From: Albugo candida
Taxonomy: Eukaryota
DNA: 64,000 nucleotides
Assembly: GCA_040437565.1 (NCBI GenBank)
Contig: JBDOQK010000030.1
Coordinates: 124,001-188,000, forward strand
Direction of reading: 5' to 3'
Shown: in pieces, positions 13,611-26,898 of the stretch
Layout of the letters: the number at the start of each line of letters is the position of its first letter
Numbering within the stretch: position 1 is the first letter of the stretch
Notes under the pieces: model-generated
Told to the model about the DNA's origin: nothing
Seen by the model: only the letters and a program-made list of their open reading frames with translations
Databases searched by the model: none
Position numbers and translations under genes: made by a program

Positions 13611-14434
13611 GTTTTTAAATATGTATAATTGTTACTCAAAACAGCGTAGGTATTTAGAGAAGTTAGTTAGTCTAATTCTAGTATATAGACACCTTCAACT
13701 GAATCGGCTGTATATATTCGTCGGATTTGTCATAAATTACAGTGATTAACACATATTCTATACGGTGCAAAACCTTTGAAGCAAGTGAGATAACTGACAT
13801 ACAACTGTTACGAATATATGGTTTGATTCCAAGCAATAAATTCAATGGAAATCGATGCAATTCCTGATAGCGCGAGCGCACCAAACNNNNNNNNNNNNNN
13901 NNNNNNNNNNNNNNNNNNNNNNNNNNNNNNNNNNNNNNNNNNNNNNNNNNNNNNNNNNNNNNNNNNNNNNNNNNNNNNNNNNNNNNGTCCAGCTTGTAAA
14001 TGATAGAAAAGTTGTAAGACTCTCTAGAAGTACGGTGTTGCACAGAGCGGTGTGCAACACCGTACTTCTAGAGAGTCTTACAACTTTTCTATCATTTACA
14101 AGCTGGACACAGTCTCGTATTACGTTAGTTGAGGCTACTGCAATACAGGAACATGAGCGGAAAAACACACTGTCATCTCCCAAATGTATTTTCACGAAAC
14201 GTTTTTAAATATGTATAATTGTTACTCAAAACAGCGTAGGTATTTAGAGAAGTTAGTTAGTCTAATTCTAGTATATAGACACCTTCAACTGAATCGGCTG
14301 TATATATTCGTCGGATTTGTCATAAATTACAGTGATTAACACATATTCTATACGGTGCAAAACCTTTGAAGCAAGTGAGATAACTGACATACAACTGTTA
14401 CGAATATATGGTTTGATTCCAAGCAATAAATTCA

Positions 14435-17400
14435 ATGGAAATCGATGCAATTCCTGATAGCGCGAGCGCACCAAACCCATCCGATTCCACGAGCGCTTTG
14501 ATTCCAGAGTCGTTCAATATTGTTAATTCGAGTACATGCTCGACTGTACGTGTCGCTGTTCGTGTTCGGCCTTTGTTAGGGCGTGAGAAAGTCGAACGAT
14601 GCGATGAATGTGTCCAAGTCTTGGATCAAGATACACAAGTTATTATTGGCAAAAATCGGTCCTTTACTTACGATTACACCTTTAGCAAGTATGCACAGCA
14701 ATCGGACATATGGAAATGTGTGGAGCCTCTGGTTCTGTCGTTCATGGAAGGTTACAACGCCACCATCTTTGCATACGGGCAAACAGGTTCAGGAAAAACG
14801 TATACAATGGGAACAGGAAGCTGTACTCACTCTATGAAAGAAGAATATGGAATCATACCTCGAGTGATCGAGCACATATTCAACTACATCGATATGAAAA
14901 GAGAAAGGTTATCAGATTACAAAATCAGTATGCAAATTCGATTCTTAGAGGTATATGGGGAAGAGATTCGCGATTTGCTCTTTCATGCATCACCTTTCAT
15001 AGAATCCACCATGGAGCTTTACACTGAGAATATGGCTACAGAAGGTCGATCCACCAGTCATCAAAGTCGCGTCATCTTACGAGAAAGCGAGAATGGTGAG
15101 GTACAAGTCACTGGCGCTTCCGAAGAAGCTGTCACTTGTGTGGGAGATTGTCTCCGCTTACTGGAGAGAGGTACGCTTTCCAGAACAACTGCCAGCACTC
15201 TGATGAACGCTCACTCCAGTCGATCGCATGCCATCTTCACAATCACTATGACACAACACATTCCAACGTCTGGAGCTCAGGAAACAGAGGCTCAGGCCGA
15301 TGACACGAAAATGGAGCCTTTGTTCGAGACACGCACATCTTATTTCAATTTCGTCGATCTTGCCGGCTCGGAGCGTCAGAAGCGAACTCAAGCGGAAGGA
15401 AAGCGGTTAAAGGAGGGAATTGAGATCAACAAAGGCTTACTGGCGCTTGGGAATGTCATTAGCGCCTTGGGCGATGACAAAAAGCGCGGAAGAGCTCATA
15501 TTCCGTATCGCGATTCCAAGCTGACACGCATGCTACAAGACAGTTTGGGCGGAAACAGTCGAACACTTATGCTCACGTGTGTCAGCCCCGCAGACCTCAA
15601 TTTCGAAGAGACTTTGAATGCGCTCAAATATGCGAATCGAGCACGCAATATCAAAAACAAAGCCGTTGTNNNNNNNNNNNNNNNNNNNNNNNNNNNNNNN
15701 NNNNNNNNNNNNNNNNNNNNNNNNNNNNNNNNNNNNNNNNNNNNNNNNNNNNNNNNNNNNNNNNNNNNNAGCGCCTTGGGCGATGACAAAAAGCGCGGAA
15801 GAGCTCATATTCCGTATCGCGATTCCAAGCTGACACGCATGCTACAAGACAGTTTGGGCGGAAACAGTCGAACACTTATGCTCACGTGTGTCAGCCCCGC
15901 AGACCTCAATTTCGAAGAGACTTTGAATGCGCTCAAATATGCGAATCGAGCACGCAATATCAAAAACAAAGCCGTTGTAAATCGCGATGAAGCATCTACC
16001 GTCACTCATGCGCTCAAACAGCAGATACAAACGCTACAGGAGGAAGTCATTCGATTAAGAAATCCCGGAATGTCTGAAAATGAAGTCCGAAGATTATTCG
16101 CCAGTAATTTCCACAAAGAGTCGACGACAAGCTCCAATGCATCCGCAGGGAATGAGATCGCATCCATCGATCATGAATCCTATACGGAACTTCGCAGACG
16201 AGCTGAGAACGCTGAAGCTGAAGTGTCTAGACTCACTGGCGAAACGAAGCGATTCCGACTCCAAATGGATCACTTGAAAGAAAAAATGATTGCGGCTCAA
16301 GCAGAACGAGACTACTTTCGTCTTTGTGTGGAAGATCACACAAGTGGAATGAATGAGTCATCTTCTCTTCCTGAAGAACGAGCGAAGAAAATGACAGTGA
16401 TGGAAGAACAGCTTCGAACGATTTCCACGCTTCAAGAAACCCTCCGAGAAGTCGAACGACAACGAGATAGCGCCATATTGAAGCTCGACGAATCCGGTCT
16501 GACGCCACCGGAAGCCATGGAATCGCTTCAAATTCCATCGTTTATCGAGTCGGATGTGAAAANNNNNNNNNNNNNNNNNNNNNNNNNNNNNNNNNNNNNN
16601 NNNNNNNNNNNNNNNNNNNNNNNNNNNNNNNNNNNNNNNNNNNNNNNNNNNNNNNNNNNNNNCACACAAGTGGAATGAATGAGTCATCTTCTCTTCCTGA
16701 AGAACGAGCGAAGAAAATGACAGTGATGGAAGAACAGCTTCGAACGATTTCCACGCTTCAAGAAACCCTCCGAGAAGTCGAACGACAACGAGATAGCGCC
16801 ATATTGAAGCTCGACGAATCCGGTCTGACGCCACCGGAAGCCATGGAATCGCTTCAAATTCCATCGTTTATCGAGTCGGATGTGAAAAGTGGCAATGCGC
16901 TGATCGAACAAGTGGAAAAAGAACTGGAACGTGATGCTGCAGCACTCAAACAGATGACCGTCAATGACGTCCCGACGGAAATGGAAAGCGATACGGAGAA
17001 TGAAGCCGTAGAGAACGCACTGATTCTTCAGACCCAGGAAGATGTCGAGCGTCAGCGTGTCTTTCAGCGTCGACAAAAGCATTTAGGCGATTCCGTTCAA
17101 GATCTTTCACACGATATTTCACTGAAGGAGCAATTGGTCCAGAACATTCGCCAGTCGCAAGAAAATTATGAGCGCTTGAAATCGTTTTACGAGCAGAAAA
17201 TGGTGCAAATGGTCGAAGCCGTACGTCTCGCTCAAATGGATCGTGATCGCTTGGTCGAAGAAATGCAGTCTTTGGAGTTGCAAATAAGCCAAGAAGGAGG
17301 TCTTACCAGCGGAAATGGTCAGTTGGCGAAATTGGCTCGAGATCTCAAGTTGAAAGAAGGCGAATTAAGCGATCTACGAAGAAAACAAAGTGATATCAAT

Positions 17401-19437
17401 CGATTCATCACGCAGAAAAAGAAGAGTGAGATGCAATTGAGAGTTTTGAATGCTGAAATTTCCAATATGAAGCGCCAAAAAGTCGATCTGATCAAAAAAA
17501 TGCAATTGGAACGAAAGCGCCATGAAGAAGAAGCCAATTGCCGTCGGAAAGAAATCACGTCCTTGAAACGAGCTCAAATTCGCGATAAGCAGCAAATACA
17601 GCGTCTTGGATCCCAAAAAGAAGCACAAGAACGCGTCTTGAAGCGGAAAATGGAAGAGATTGCCGCGACAAAACTCAAGCTGAAACAGCAGCAACAAGCT
17701 CAAGCTCAAGCTCGCAAGTTGAATGCCAGTCTTGGAAGTCGATCGATGCGTTGGAATGCCAACAAAATGCCTGGACGTGATGTCGAATGGCTTTCCAAAG
17801 AAGTGAAAAAGCGTGCAGAAGAACAGGAAAAGCTGGAAAAATTGCAGCAAGAACGAATTGCCGTCACTAAAGAGATGGAAACTCTATACGCGCGACGAAA
17901 TCGGATGCAACAGGAGCTTCAACATTCGTTCCAGGCCCAAAATAGTATTCGAGATGTCTTGATATCGCCCATGAAAGACGAAAAACAAGTCGATAAAAAA
18001 TTATCACCGGAAGAAGAACAGATCATTTTCGACTTGGAGGAGCAGATTGAGGCTTGCCAAGTCCAATTGGAGTATAATGAAGATAAAATCTCCGAAATGA
18101 TGAGTCATGAGATGCATGGGGCTCACGTCGACTCGGCAAATGCTTCCAATCTGACACCCATCGACACGACTCAATCTCTTCCGGAGGCTCGTACGTTGTT
18201 GAAAATGCTTTTTGGAATGGCAGTCGAACTGAAGAAAACCGAACAGCGAAAAAAACAACAAATCTCCAAGCTTCAAGTCGATGTGACCGATCTCAATAAG
18301 CTGCTGGAACAAGAACGAGAACGCATGCGGCAGCTCAAACTTACATACAACGAATCACTTCAACGGATATTCCAATGCAATCCGAAAAAGGAGAATGAGT
18401 CGTATGAGTCGATTCCGTTCCATTTGGAGAAGAGCCAATGTGTTCCAACCGCTTTGGAGGAGCAAAATACCTCTTTACAGAACAAATGCGATCAATTAGA
18501 AACTCAACGACAAACACTCTGTGAGGAAATTGCTTCTCAGCGTCGACAACTGGAAGAATATCAAGCCCGCATTCACTGGTTTGAGAAGATGACCAAAAAG
18601 CATCGACAGGAAGACCCAATGGTTATAGAAAACGATGATCTTGACGTTGAAATGGACGAAATGAAGCTCCATGCGCTGGAAGCACCAGATTTAGCGATAA
18701 GTGCGCATCCGTACATATCGGAGGAGCATCACTCCGAGTCGGAAGCGAGCCATTCAGAAGACCATGACGGGGAACAGAGCACTTTGTCCATTTTCTCTCG
18801 ACTATCAAATCCGAGAAACTTTACTGGCATTCATAAAATCCGCGTGAGGGATAATGCGAATAAACGAGAGGTTATACAGCTTCGTTCTGAACGAAATCGC
18901 GCTCGTCGGGTTCGTGATCGATCGCAATTGCGTCCCACCAGAGCTGTCACCTGTACGGAGCGCCCAAGCGGCACCATTTTTACGGCGGGGAAGAAGAAAA
19001 AACCGGTTTTGGGGATATTGAACAGCATGAAAGGTGAAAAGGAAACGGAGGGGAGAGATGACGTAATGGCTGTTCACGAGCATGACAGTGTGATAGAAGA
19101 CGCTACTTTGCGTGTGACAATGCCTCCACCCGTTCCTCAGCCATCTCTGGACGTTTATTCTCGATTGGCCGGTCAGTATACTGCTTCGGCGCAAAGTAAA
19201 CGACAGAAAGCATCTGGACGACGTTCAGGCTCTGAAGCTGCACAACATTCTCCACGCCATCAAGGGAACAGTCCGAATCGAGCAGACATTGTGGAAGGCG
19301 TTGCAAATGTGCATTCAGTAAAGATCGATGATACTTTTGATCCACTGCTTGGTGGAGGAAGCTTATTAGCGCAAGTGCATGAAGACTACCGCGAGCGAAT
19401 AAGTCAAAGTCAAGGCAATGCGACCGAGTTAAGTTAG
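14435..19437 (+). CDS. Kinesin-4 family (KIF4/KIF21/FRA1-like) motor protein, about 1455 aa after removing two gap-associated artefactual duplications
   Basis: N-terminal motor with [41 protein letters not shown] and [21 protein letters not shown], then long coiled coils typical of kinesin-4. Deleting 309 bp (15461/15770 repeat plus gap) and 326 bp (16337/16663 repeat plus gap) gives one 4368-bp ORF. Confidence 0.93.
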
Positions 19438-19492
19438 TGTGGTCTACACTAACATGCATGCAAGATGCATTTTAAAGTGAACTCACTCGAAA

Positions 19493-20320
19493 ATGGGTCA
19501 ATCCTCTAGCGCGTCTCGTTCCGAAGCGATACAAGACAGAATCTGCCCGCATGACGTCTATGAATATCGCACACTGCGCCCAGATCCTGCCTTTTTATCG
19601 AACCCGCAAATGCTTCCTCAGAATAATACGTTTCAAACACAGCGAATGATACCATCTCAAAGCTTTTATTTCCTCCAAAAAGACACTTTAAAATGCAGTG
19701 GAAATAATCGCTTTGATGTCACTTTCACATTCGATGCGCTAAAGCCCGGAATTTTGCGTCTGTTCATCTCAGAAAGCGATAGTGAGTCCGACAGAAAACT
19801 TCTCTTTGAGAGTGTTTTTAAAAAGGGTAGAAATCAGTCTTTTGACTACCGCAAAGTCGTGAAAGACGATACATTCGCTGATCAAATTCTTCGTTTTCGT
19901 ACGTGCTCGCTACTTATCCAAATGCAAAGCTCCGAACCCGACACCCAGCAAACATACTCAAACTACGCGGTATTTGGCTCAATGGATCGGACTATCTGCA
20001 CACTACTATCTGTGCGACAAACGATCGAAATTGACGGAAGTGTTTTGGAATTGAAAGAGATATTCGGAATTGAAGAAACAATTGTATCCGACCATAATAA
20101 GAGCGACATTCAAGAAACATTGATGGAATCCGTGACGCAAAGCCGCGAGTGTGTCATTTGTTTGACAGACGCTCGCGATACGACACTACTACCCTGCCAC
20201 CACATGTGCCTATGCAACGAATGCGCCCATCAGATTCAATCCAAATCCAACACGTGTCCCATTTGTCGGAGTTTTGTGCAATCTTTTGTGAAGATGTCTG
20301 TCGATCCCAAAATACAATGA
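19493..20320 (+). CDS. RING E3 ubiquitin ligase, LOG2/MGRN1/RNF157-like
   Basis: N-myristoylation-type start MGQSSS, FTFDA motif, ELKEIFGIE, and C-terminal RING CVICL..RDTTLLPCHHMCLCNECA..CPICR. Single exon. Confidence 0.88.
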   Translation: MGQSSSASRSEAIQDRICPHDVYEYRTLRPDPAFLSNPQMLPQNNTFQTQRMIPSQSFYFLQKDTLKCSGNNRFDVTFTFDALKPGILRLFISESDSESDRKLLFESVFKKGRNQSFDYRKVVKDDTFADQILRFRTCSLLIQMQSSEPDTQQTYSNYAVFGSMDRTICTLLSVRQTIEIDGSVLELKEIFGIEETIVSDHNKSDIQETLMESVTQSRECVICLTDARDTTLLPCHHMCLCNECAHQIQSKSNTCPICRSFVQSFVKMSVDPKIQ

Positions 20321-20422
20321 CAAAATAGCACATTTTTATTTTCTGGCTTAATCCACACTCGGCCGATTTTGATCTATTGATACGGTCAGGTTCCAAAGCA
20401 CGGCAGTGGTTTCCTTCTGCAT

Positions 20423-22562
20423 TCACACGTATTCGATATAGGTGGCAGCTACCGTGCTCTTTGAAAGCTCTGGAAAAATTAAAGAGAATGAGATATGGGC
20501 ACTAACGAGTGTTCTTTTTCCAAAATCCTTTTACCTGAAATCAAACAGATTTTCGTAAAAAGGACAACGACGGCAGATGATTGAAAAACGTACCAAATTC
20601 ATTACATGACCACCTGAACGCATTTTGGCAGATGAAAGGATAGGATTCGTTGCCGAAGAAGTCTCTGTCCGGACTGTCGTATTGGAGTCGAATTCCCTAC
20701 GTGTCACATCCTTGCCACCTTCGCGAGGCGCACTTGCATGTTTTCGAAGAGAATTTGGTGGATGATTGGTGGTGTATGATGTACCACCATTACAGTGCTT
20801 ATTTGTATACAATCGATGTTTGACACTTGCCAGCGATCCATTGGAGCCAGATTCCGTATCTGAAGCTTCAACAACGGGCTTACTGGACGGTGCATACGAT
20901 CCATAAGTGCCGTGTGATGTGGGATACGCATCAGAGTTGTGGCTGATACCACTTGAGGCGTCTGTGGAAGGAGTCGGGGCCCCGCTATTAGACCGCTCGA
21001 CAATCGGTTGCTTGGATTGAAGGCAGGATGAGAGACTTGGAATACCATTATCAATACTAGCTTTGTGTGATCTTTGGCTTCCGAGAGCGTCAACATCGGA
21101 TTGTTCGCCAGAGGGGCGTTTTCCTTTCTCTCTATTTCGACACAATCATTCAGTGAGACCCAAAATTAAAAATGTACTCATCTGTACGCACAATTGTTCA
21201 CGCTTTCGAACAGCCGCTTCACGTCTCAAAAACTCGGCTTCGAGATCTACAAAGCTCTGTCAGCACACAACCAATGACATCAGCGACTAAAAAGACAATA
21301 CCTTTCAGCTTCTTTTCTCGAGCGTTCAATTCGGCTTCTTGTCGTCTGAGGTTCTCTTCGACGCCGAGTAATTCCTTCATTTTGGTATTGTATGTAGCCT
21401 GGAGCTGTTTGACATCAGGTAGATTAGCAGCGGGCGTGGATGGCGTTGATGTCAAAGGCGTTGACGAGGATGAAAAGGACTGAAACACGGCCGGATTTGC
21501 AGCTGCATACGCACGCAATCGCTGTTGTAATTCTGGAATTCTCTCAAGATCTTCTATTCTTGGCCGACGAGAGCGCTGACGATGCAATTGCCAACGAATC
21601 GCTTGAAAAAGACCTTCGGTATAACGACTAGAGATTGGTGCAAAACGACCAGCATTGATTTTTTTAGCCAATGCGAGTTGATTAGTTGCGTCGAACGGCG
21701 GTCTATGAGGTAACAGCGACTCAGAATTATATTGTGCGCGAGAGTGAGCTGTCCGTACGCTAAAGTGGCCATTTCGTATAATAGGCAGCCCAATGCCCAA
21801 ATATCCGATCTGTCATCATATGTCATCTCATTCACCATTTCTGGGCTCATGTAATACGGAGTTCCCACGTTTGTTTGAGCGAATCTTGACTCGCTTTTGA
21901 GCTCTTTAGCCAGACCAAAATCGCCTAATTTTGCGTTACCCTAGTATATGACACATTGGATGGTGCAGTTGAAACCTCACTTTAGAAGACTTACGTTACT
22001 ATCAAGGAAAATGTTTCCTGGCTTGATATCTCTGTGTAAGATTGGCCGCACAACATTTCCTTCTCGATGACGATGACACTCGCGAAGGGCCAAGTAAATA
22101 TGTGTAAATACGTGCCATATAAAATCCTCTTCGATAAATGAGCTGGACAAAGCTTTTAAGTTCGCATTTTTACTGTAATTGGCGATAGAACGTACCCCTC
22201 ACGCTTTTTCCGCTTTATGAATTGACTCAGATCTCCTCCTTCACAGTATTCCATAACGATGTAAATTTTCATGGCTTGTTTATCGATGACGCGGTCCAAA
22301 TATCGTACAATATGTGGATGTCGGAGCTCACGCAAAATGTTCACTTCGCTGACAATCAACTGTTTTTCTTTCTCACTCATGGCGCCATAGTTGACTTCTT
22401 TCCACACTAACACCTATAGTCACAATCACATTGCCTAAGTACTCAGCACATCAACGATTCACTTTATTCGCGACATACTTTGCCGTCTGATTTTCGTATA
22501 ATTTCTGTGACCACACCAAAAGATCCCTTCCCAATCACACGCACTTGTTCGTACGCTTCCAT
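20423..22562 (-). CDS. NIMA-related Ser/Thr kinase (NEK2-like), multi-exon
   Basis: Exon 1 MEAYEQVRVIGKGSFG.., then VWKEVNYGAMSEKEKQLIVSEVNILRELRHPHIVRY, HRDIKP, LGDFGL and GTPYYMSPE, followed by a coiled coil and an S/T-rich tail. Short GT-AG introns; the 3' end (TGA at 20423) is inferred by manual splicing. Confidence 0.9.
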
Positions 22563-23207
22563 ATCCGTCGCTTGGTGTGTGAAGCGTGCGAAAACTTTAA
22601 AGTATTGTGGTCACACAAAAAACCCAATTTCGTTTCTCGTGAACGCTATACTATCGTAAAACTCAGTGCGGTTTACGACGAGCTTGTTTTTGTATCGAAA
22701 CTGCGGCAGAGTGTGTTTACGTTCAGTCAAAATACGTGTATGTGATTTGTCGTAATGTATCAACCAAATTGAGTAAGTAATGCGTCTATTATGTGCGAAA
22801 TATGAAAAAAAGTGGCCATTTATAAGGGGAAGGGGTCCATGGCATGATAAGAATAAGATCAAAGTATGAGGAGAACTGTGAAAAAGCCCCACATATTCGG
22901 AAAGACTACTGTACCGCTCCTACTCAGTTATTTACTAATGGCTACGATTCTTAGTCCACATCCAAGACAGTAGATTGGATAGTGTGGTGTAAAGCAACCT
23001 TGCGCTACATGATAATAATGAGTCTGGTTTTTTGAACCGACCGCTTCGTCGGCTCGATACATCGACAAAAGATGTTTACTATTCACGATTTCGCTCTATG
23101 TGCCACTGCCTTGTCCTTTCTTTTCGGATGTGCCATAGAGCAGACACCATTCGACTGTAGTGAAGACCTTGTCCAAAAATATAACAAAAATGTACTGGTT
23201 TCGCTGC

Positions 23208-24592
23208 TTAATCGTGTTGCGTTTTCTGTAATTCTTGATCCAAGCGCTCTAAATCATTTTTATCCAATACGCCGCTACCGTCACGATCCAACTTTCTGAA
23301 TTGCGTCAATATCCGATCGATATCGTCCTGCTCTACTTTATTCATCTTCACCAACATGTATGAAAGGTATTCCAGTTTTGAAACCTGTCCATCACCGTCT
23401 GCGTCCATCGCAAGTAGTTCTTTCATGCTGATTCTCTACACAAAGCGCTTGAGCATTGAGAACGTACTTATCCCGTGCAGAAACCTTGCCTTTTTCATCA
23501 CCGCACGACGATTGATCTCCTCGATAACAGCGCCGATACCGTGTGCGACAGCAATTACTGAGAACGGGAGATAAAATATCGCAAATATTCGACCGCCATT
23601 GGATTTTGGTGAGTAATCTCCAAACCCGACTGTCGTTATAGTTACTGTTGTATAATATAAACAGTCGAGGATAGGCCAGCCTTCCATTTGACCGAGAACG
23701 ATGCCGCCAACAATCGACATGATAAAAGGCGTCAATGCGCATACCATTGCGCGCGTACTTTTCGATACCAAGCATCGATACCATCTGCTTCTGCTTTTGC
23801 GCGCCTTTTTGGTTACACGTAACTTTGACAAATACTCTTTCCGGGCAACACTGTCGCCGTGCTTGGTATGCGCATTGATCGCCGCATGATCCACCTTTTT
23901 TAATAGCTTTTGCGTCGCCTTTTTTGCAATCGCACGTTCACGTTCTACAAACCACGAAGCGAGTCTTCCTAACGCGATTGCAATCGTACAAATTCCATAA
24001 AACGCAAAGAGTATCGTAAAGGCTTTGCCTGCGTTCGTGCGTGGTATCACATCGCCGTATCCGATTGTCGTGACGATAATCATAGAGTAATAGACGCAAT
24101 CAATCACAGACCACGACTCTATATAACGGAAAAACACGACGCCAACAAGCAGATACGTCGACACGAGCAGTAATGCCATCCGATACGCTTTCCGTGCACT
24201 CTTTGCGTCATTGTTGATCTCTTCCGCTCCATGAAGCATCATTCTGGCACCCAATCCGCCGACATTGGAATGACGATACCGCGCAACGCGCACGTGATCG
24301 TGCTCTGATTTCTACATAAGGAGCCTGAAGCTCGGCATTCATTCCTGTGCAATAAGTACCGTGTCCTTCTTCTTTAAGTTCGAATCTTGAAAAGCTGCAT
24401 CACCCGACAACTATGCAGACTTTCCTTATTACAATTCAAGTGATGTTTGCGAAAGATATACCGAGAGAATATCTGTAAATTCAACCAACTCTGAAGTTAT
24501 TGGTGACACATCTGTGCGCTTGACGCAAACAGGTGATTGTCTCTACCGTTGATAGGCGTCTAAATAGACCAAAGTACCTTTATTGCTTGCAT
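23208..24592 (-). CDS. Two-pore-domain K+ channel (TPK/KCO-like) with C-terminal EF-hands, multi-exon
   Basis: Two pore loops (TTIGYGD, TTVGFGD) with four TM helices, and EF-hands DADGDGQVSKLE and DRDGSGVLDKND. The 5' exons (24310-24592) are inferred from GT..AG pairs and are less certain. Confidence 0.9.
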
Positions 24593-25310
24593 TTTAACCC
24601 TCTGCGATAATAATAATTATGCCTTTTGGGGTCTTATCAATAATGTTACGTAAATGTACATGATCAAATCCCAACATGCTATTTCGAATGTCCTCCCGGC
24701 ATGTGAGCTACCGGAGGTCCACTCACAGGAATCNNNNNNNNNNNNNNNNNNNNNNNNNNNNNNNNNNNNNNNNNNNNNNNNNNNNNNNNNNNNNNNNNNN
24801 NNNNNNNNNNNNNNNNNNNNNNNNNNNNNNNNNTTTGCGTCATTGTTGATCTCTTCCGCTCCATGAAGCATCATTCTGGCACCCAATCCGCCGACATTGG
24901 AATGACGATACCGCGCAACGCGCACGTGATCGTGCTCTGATTTCTACATAAGGAGCCTGAAGCTCGGCATTCATTCCTGTGCAATAAGTACCGTGTCCTT
25001 CTTCTTTAAGTTCGAATCTTGAAAAGCTGCATCACCCGACAACTATGCAGACTTTCCTTATTACAATTCAAGTGATGTTTGCGAAAGATATACCGAGAGA
25101 ATATCTGTAAATTCAACCAACTCTGAAGTTATTGGTGACACATCTGTGCGCTTGACGCAAACAGGTGATTGTCTCTACCGTTGATAGGCGTCTAAATAGA
25201 CCAAAGTACCTTTATTGCTTGCATTTTAACCCTCTGCGATAATAATAATTATGCCTTTTGGGGTCTTATCAATAATGTTACGTAAATGTACATGATCAAA
25301 TCCCAACATG

Positions 25311-26749
25311 CTATTTCGAATGTCCTCCCGGCATGTGAGCTACCGGAGGTCCACTCACAGGAATCTGAGCGATTCCATGGTAAACATTCTTTGGCAGCCG
25401 GTAATAGAGAGTTGCCTCGATCAGTTTGAGCACATCTGTGGGTCTCGCAGTCTCGCGATATGTAAATCGCAAGGACCAAAACAGAGCTCCAAGAAGCTGA
25501 CTCGCCAAAATAGTTGACACGTGAAACTCGACGGGTTTTCGATTTGCAGAAATTCGGAATGAGAATACTACACTATCGCTGATATTTCCATGAGAGCTTT
25601 TTATAAAAAACCAAAATATGAGTGCAATCGTGCAATATGTATTAAACCATGCGATCAATTTGGCAAACCATTGTTGAAAACCAAGACACAGCCTCATATT
25701 AGGCATCACAGCATCCATATAAAGATTAAGAGTGCCCCATAATACAGTTGAAAATATCAATAAGATGCGAAAATCCCAATTGACCACATCACACGCACAC
25801 ACCATAATGACGCATAGTTGCACTTGCGATACAAAGGAGTCGTCACTGGTAATGATTTGACGCACCATATCGATTTGAGTGCATGCGGCATACGTTCCCG
25901 TGTGGAAAAACGTGAGGAAATACGCAAGAAACACCAAAACTTGATGCNNNNNNNNNNNNNNNNNNNNNNNNNNNNNNNNNNNNNNNNNNNNNNNNNNNNN
26001 NNNNNNNNNNNNNNNNNNNNNNNNNNNNNNNNNNNNNNNNNNNNNNNTTTTGCAACTTTGACTAGAACAAATATTGCACTAATGACCAGTGTACCTAAAG
26101 CCACATCACTATCTTTCAATACTGCATCACCAATTCGAATAGTTGTGTGCGTGTTACGTGAGAATAAATCCACTTGCGTCGCTCCGACCAAAAGTATAAT
26201 CGACGGTGAGGCAAATAACAGCAACAATAACTCATGTCGACGAGAGTACAAATTTGCATCGGAGAAGTAAACGGCCTGGTACCCTACAAACGCCATGAAG
26301 AAGAACAACACACGGATATCCCTTGCCATTTGTATGTAAAGTGCTTGTGTGCCAGTATTCAGCGCGGTCAAGTACCAGAATTCATACGTTCGCATAGTGA
26401 GGTTCCCCATATCAATTGAGAATGTAGGCAACCAGCAACACGCTGCCAGTACAGTCACAATGAAAAGCAGACTGTTGCTCCATACTGCAAGTGAGATGTT
26501 TGCATACACATTGGAAATCGATACGATATAAATATTTATGACGAACAGTGTGTTTACAATTGGCTGTGCACGAACGAAAAACGAAATGCATTTAGCTTGT
26601 CGACGCTCATCAGTAACGAAAAGTGACAGCCAGCATCGCGATGGATTTAGTTTTGGTAGTGGATCACATACTTCAAAAGCGTAATAAACGGGAAGTTGGT
26701 GATTCGAATCGATTTGCGGATGAACTCGTCGGCTCGACGTCTGTGTCAT
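25311..26749 (-). CDS. Uncharacterised multi-pass membrane protein, interrupted by an N-gap
   Basis: Two long hydrophobic ORF segments with many predicted TM helices on either side of gap 25948-26047. No recognisable catalytic motif. Confidence 0.7.
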
Positions 26750-26898
26750 AATATTTCATTCCGGTAGATACGGTACGTAGGGCTAATTATATAAGAGACT
26801 GGCGGTACATTTGCTATTCTTATCGAATGTATAGAGTCAAATGAATAGTTTCGCTCGTTTTCCTGCGACTCGAGTTAACAAGGATTCATGCGTTTTTG

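Noticed and set aside
15461-16888. Apparent internal duplications in the kinesin and a separate 920-aa coiled-coil gene
   Set aside because: These are exact repeats flanking N-gaps; removing them restores one continuous kinesin-4 ORF.
24834-25365. Second partial copy of the K+ channel 5' end
   Set aside because: Exact repeat of 24202-24733 across a gap, so an assembly overlap.
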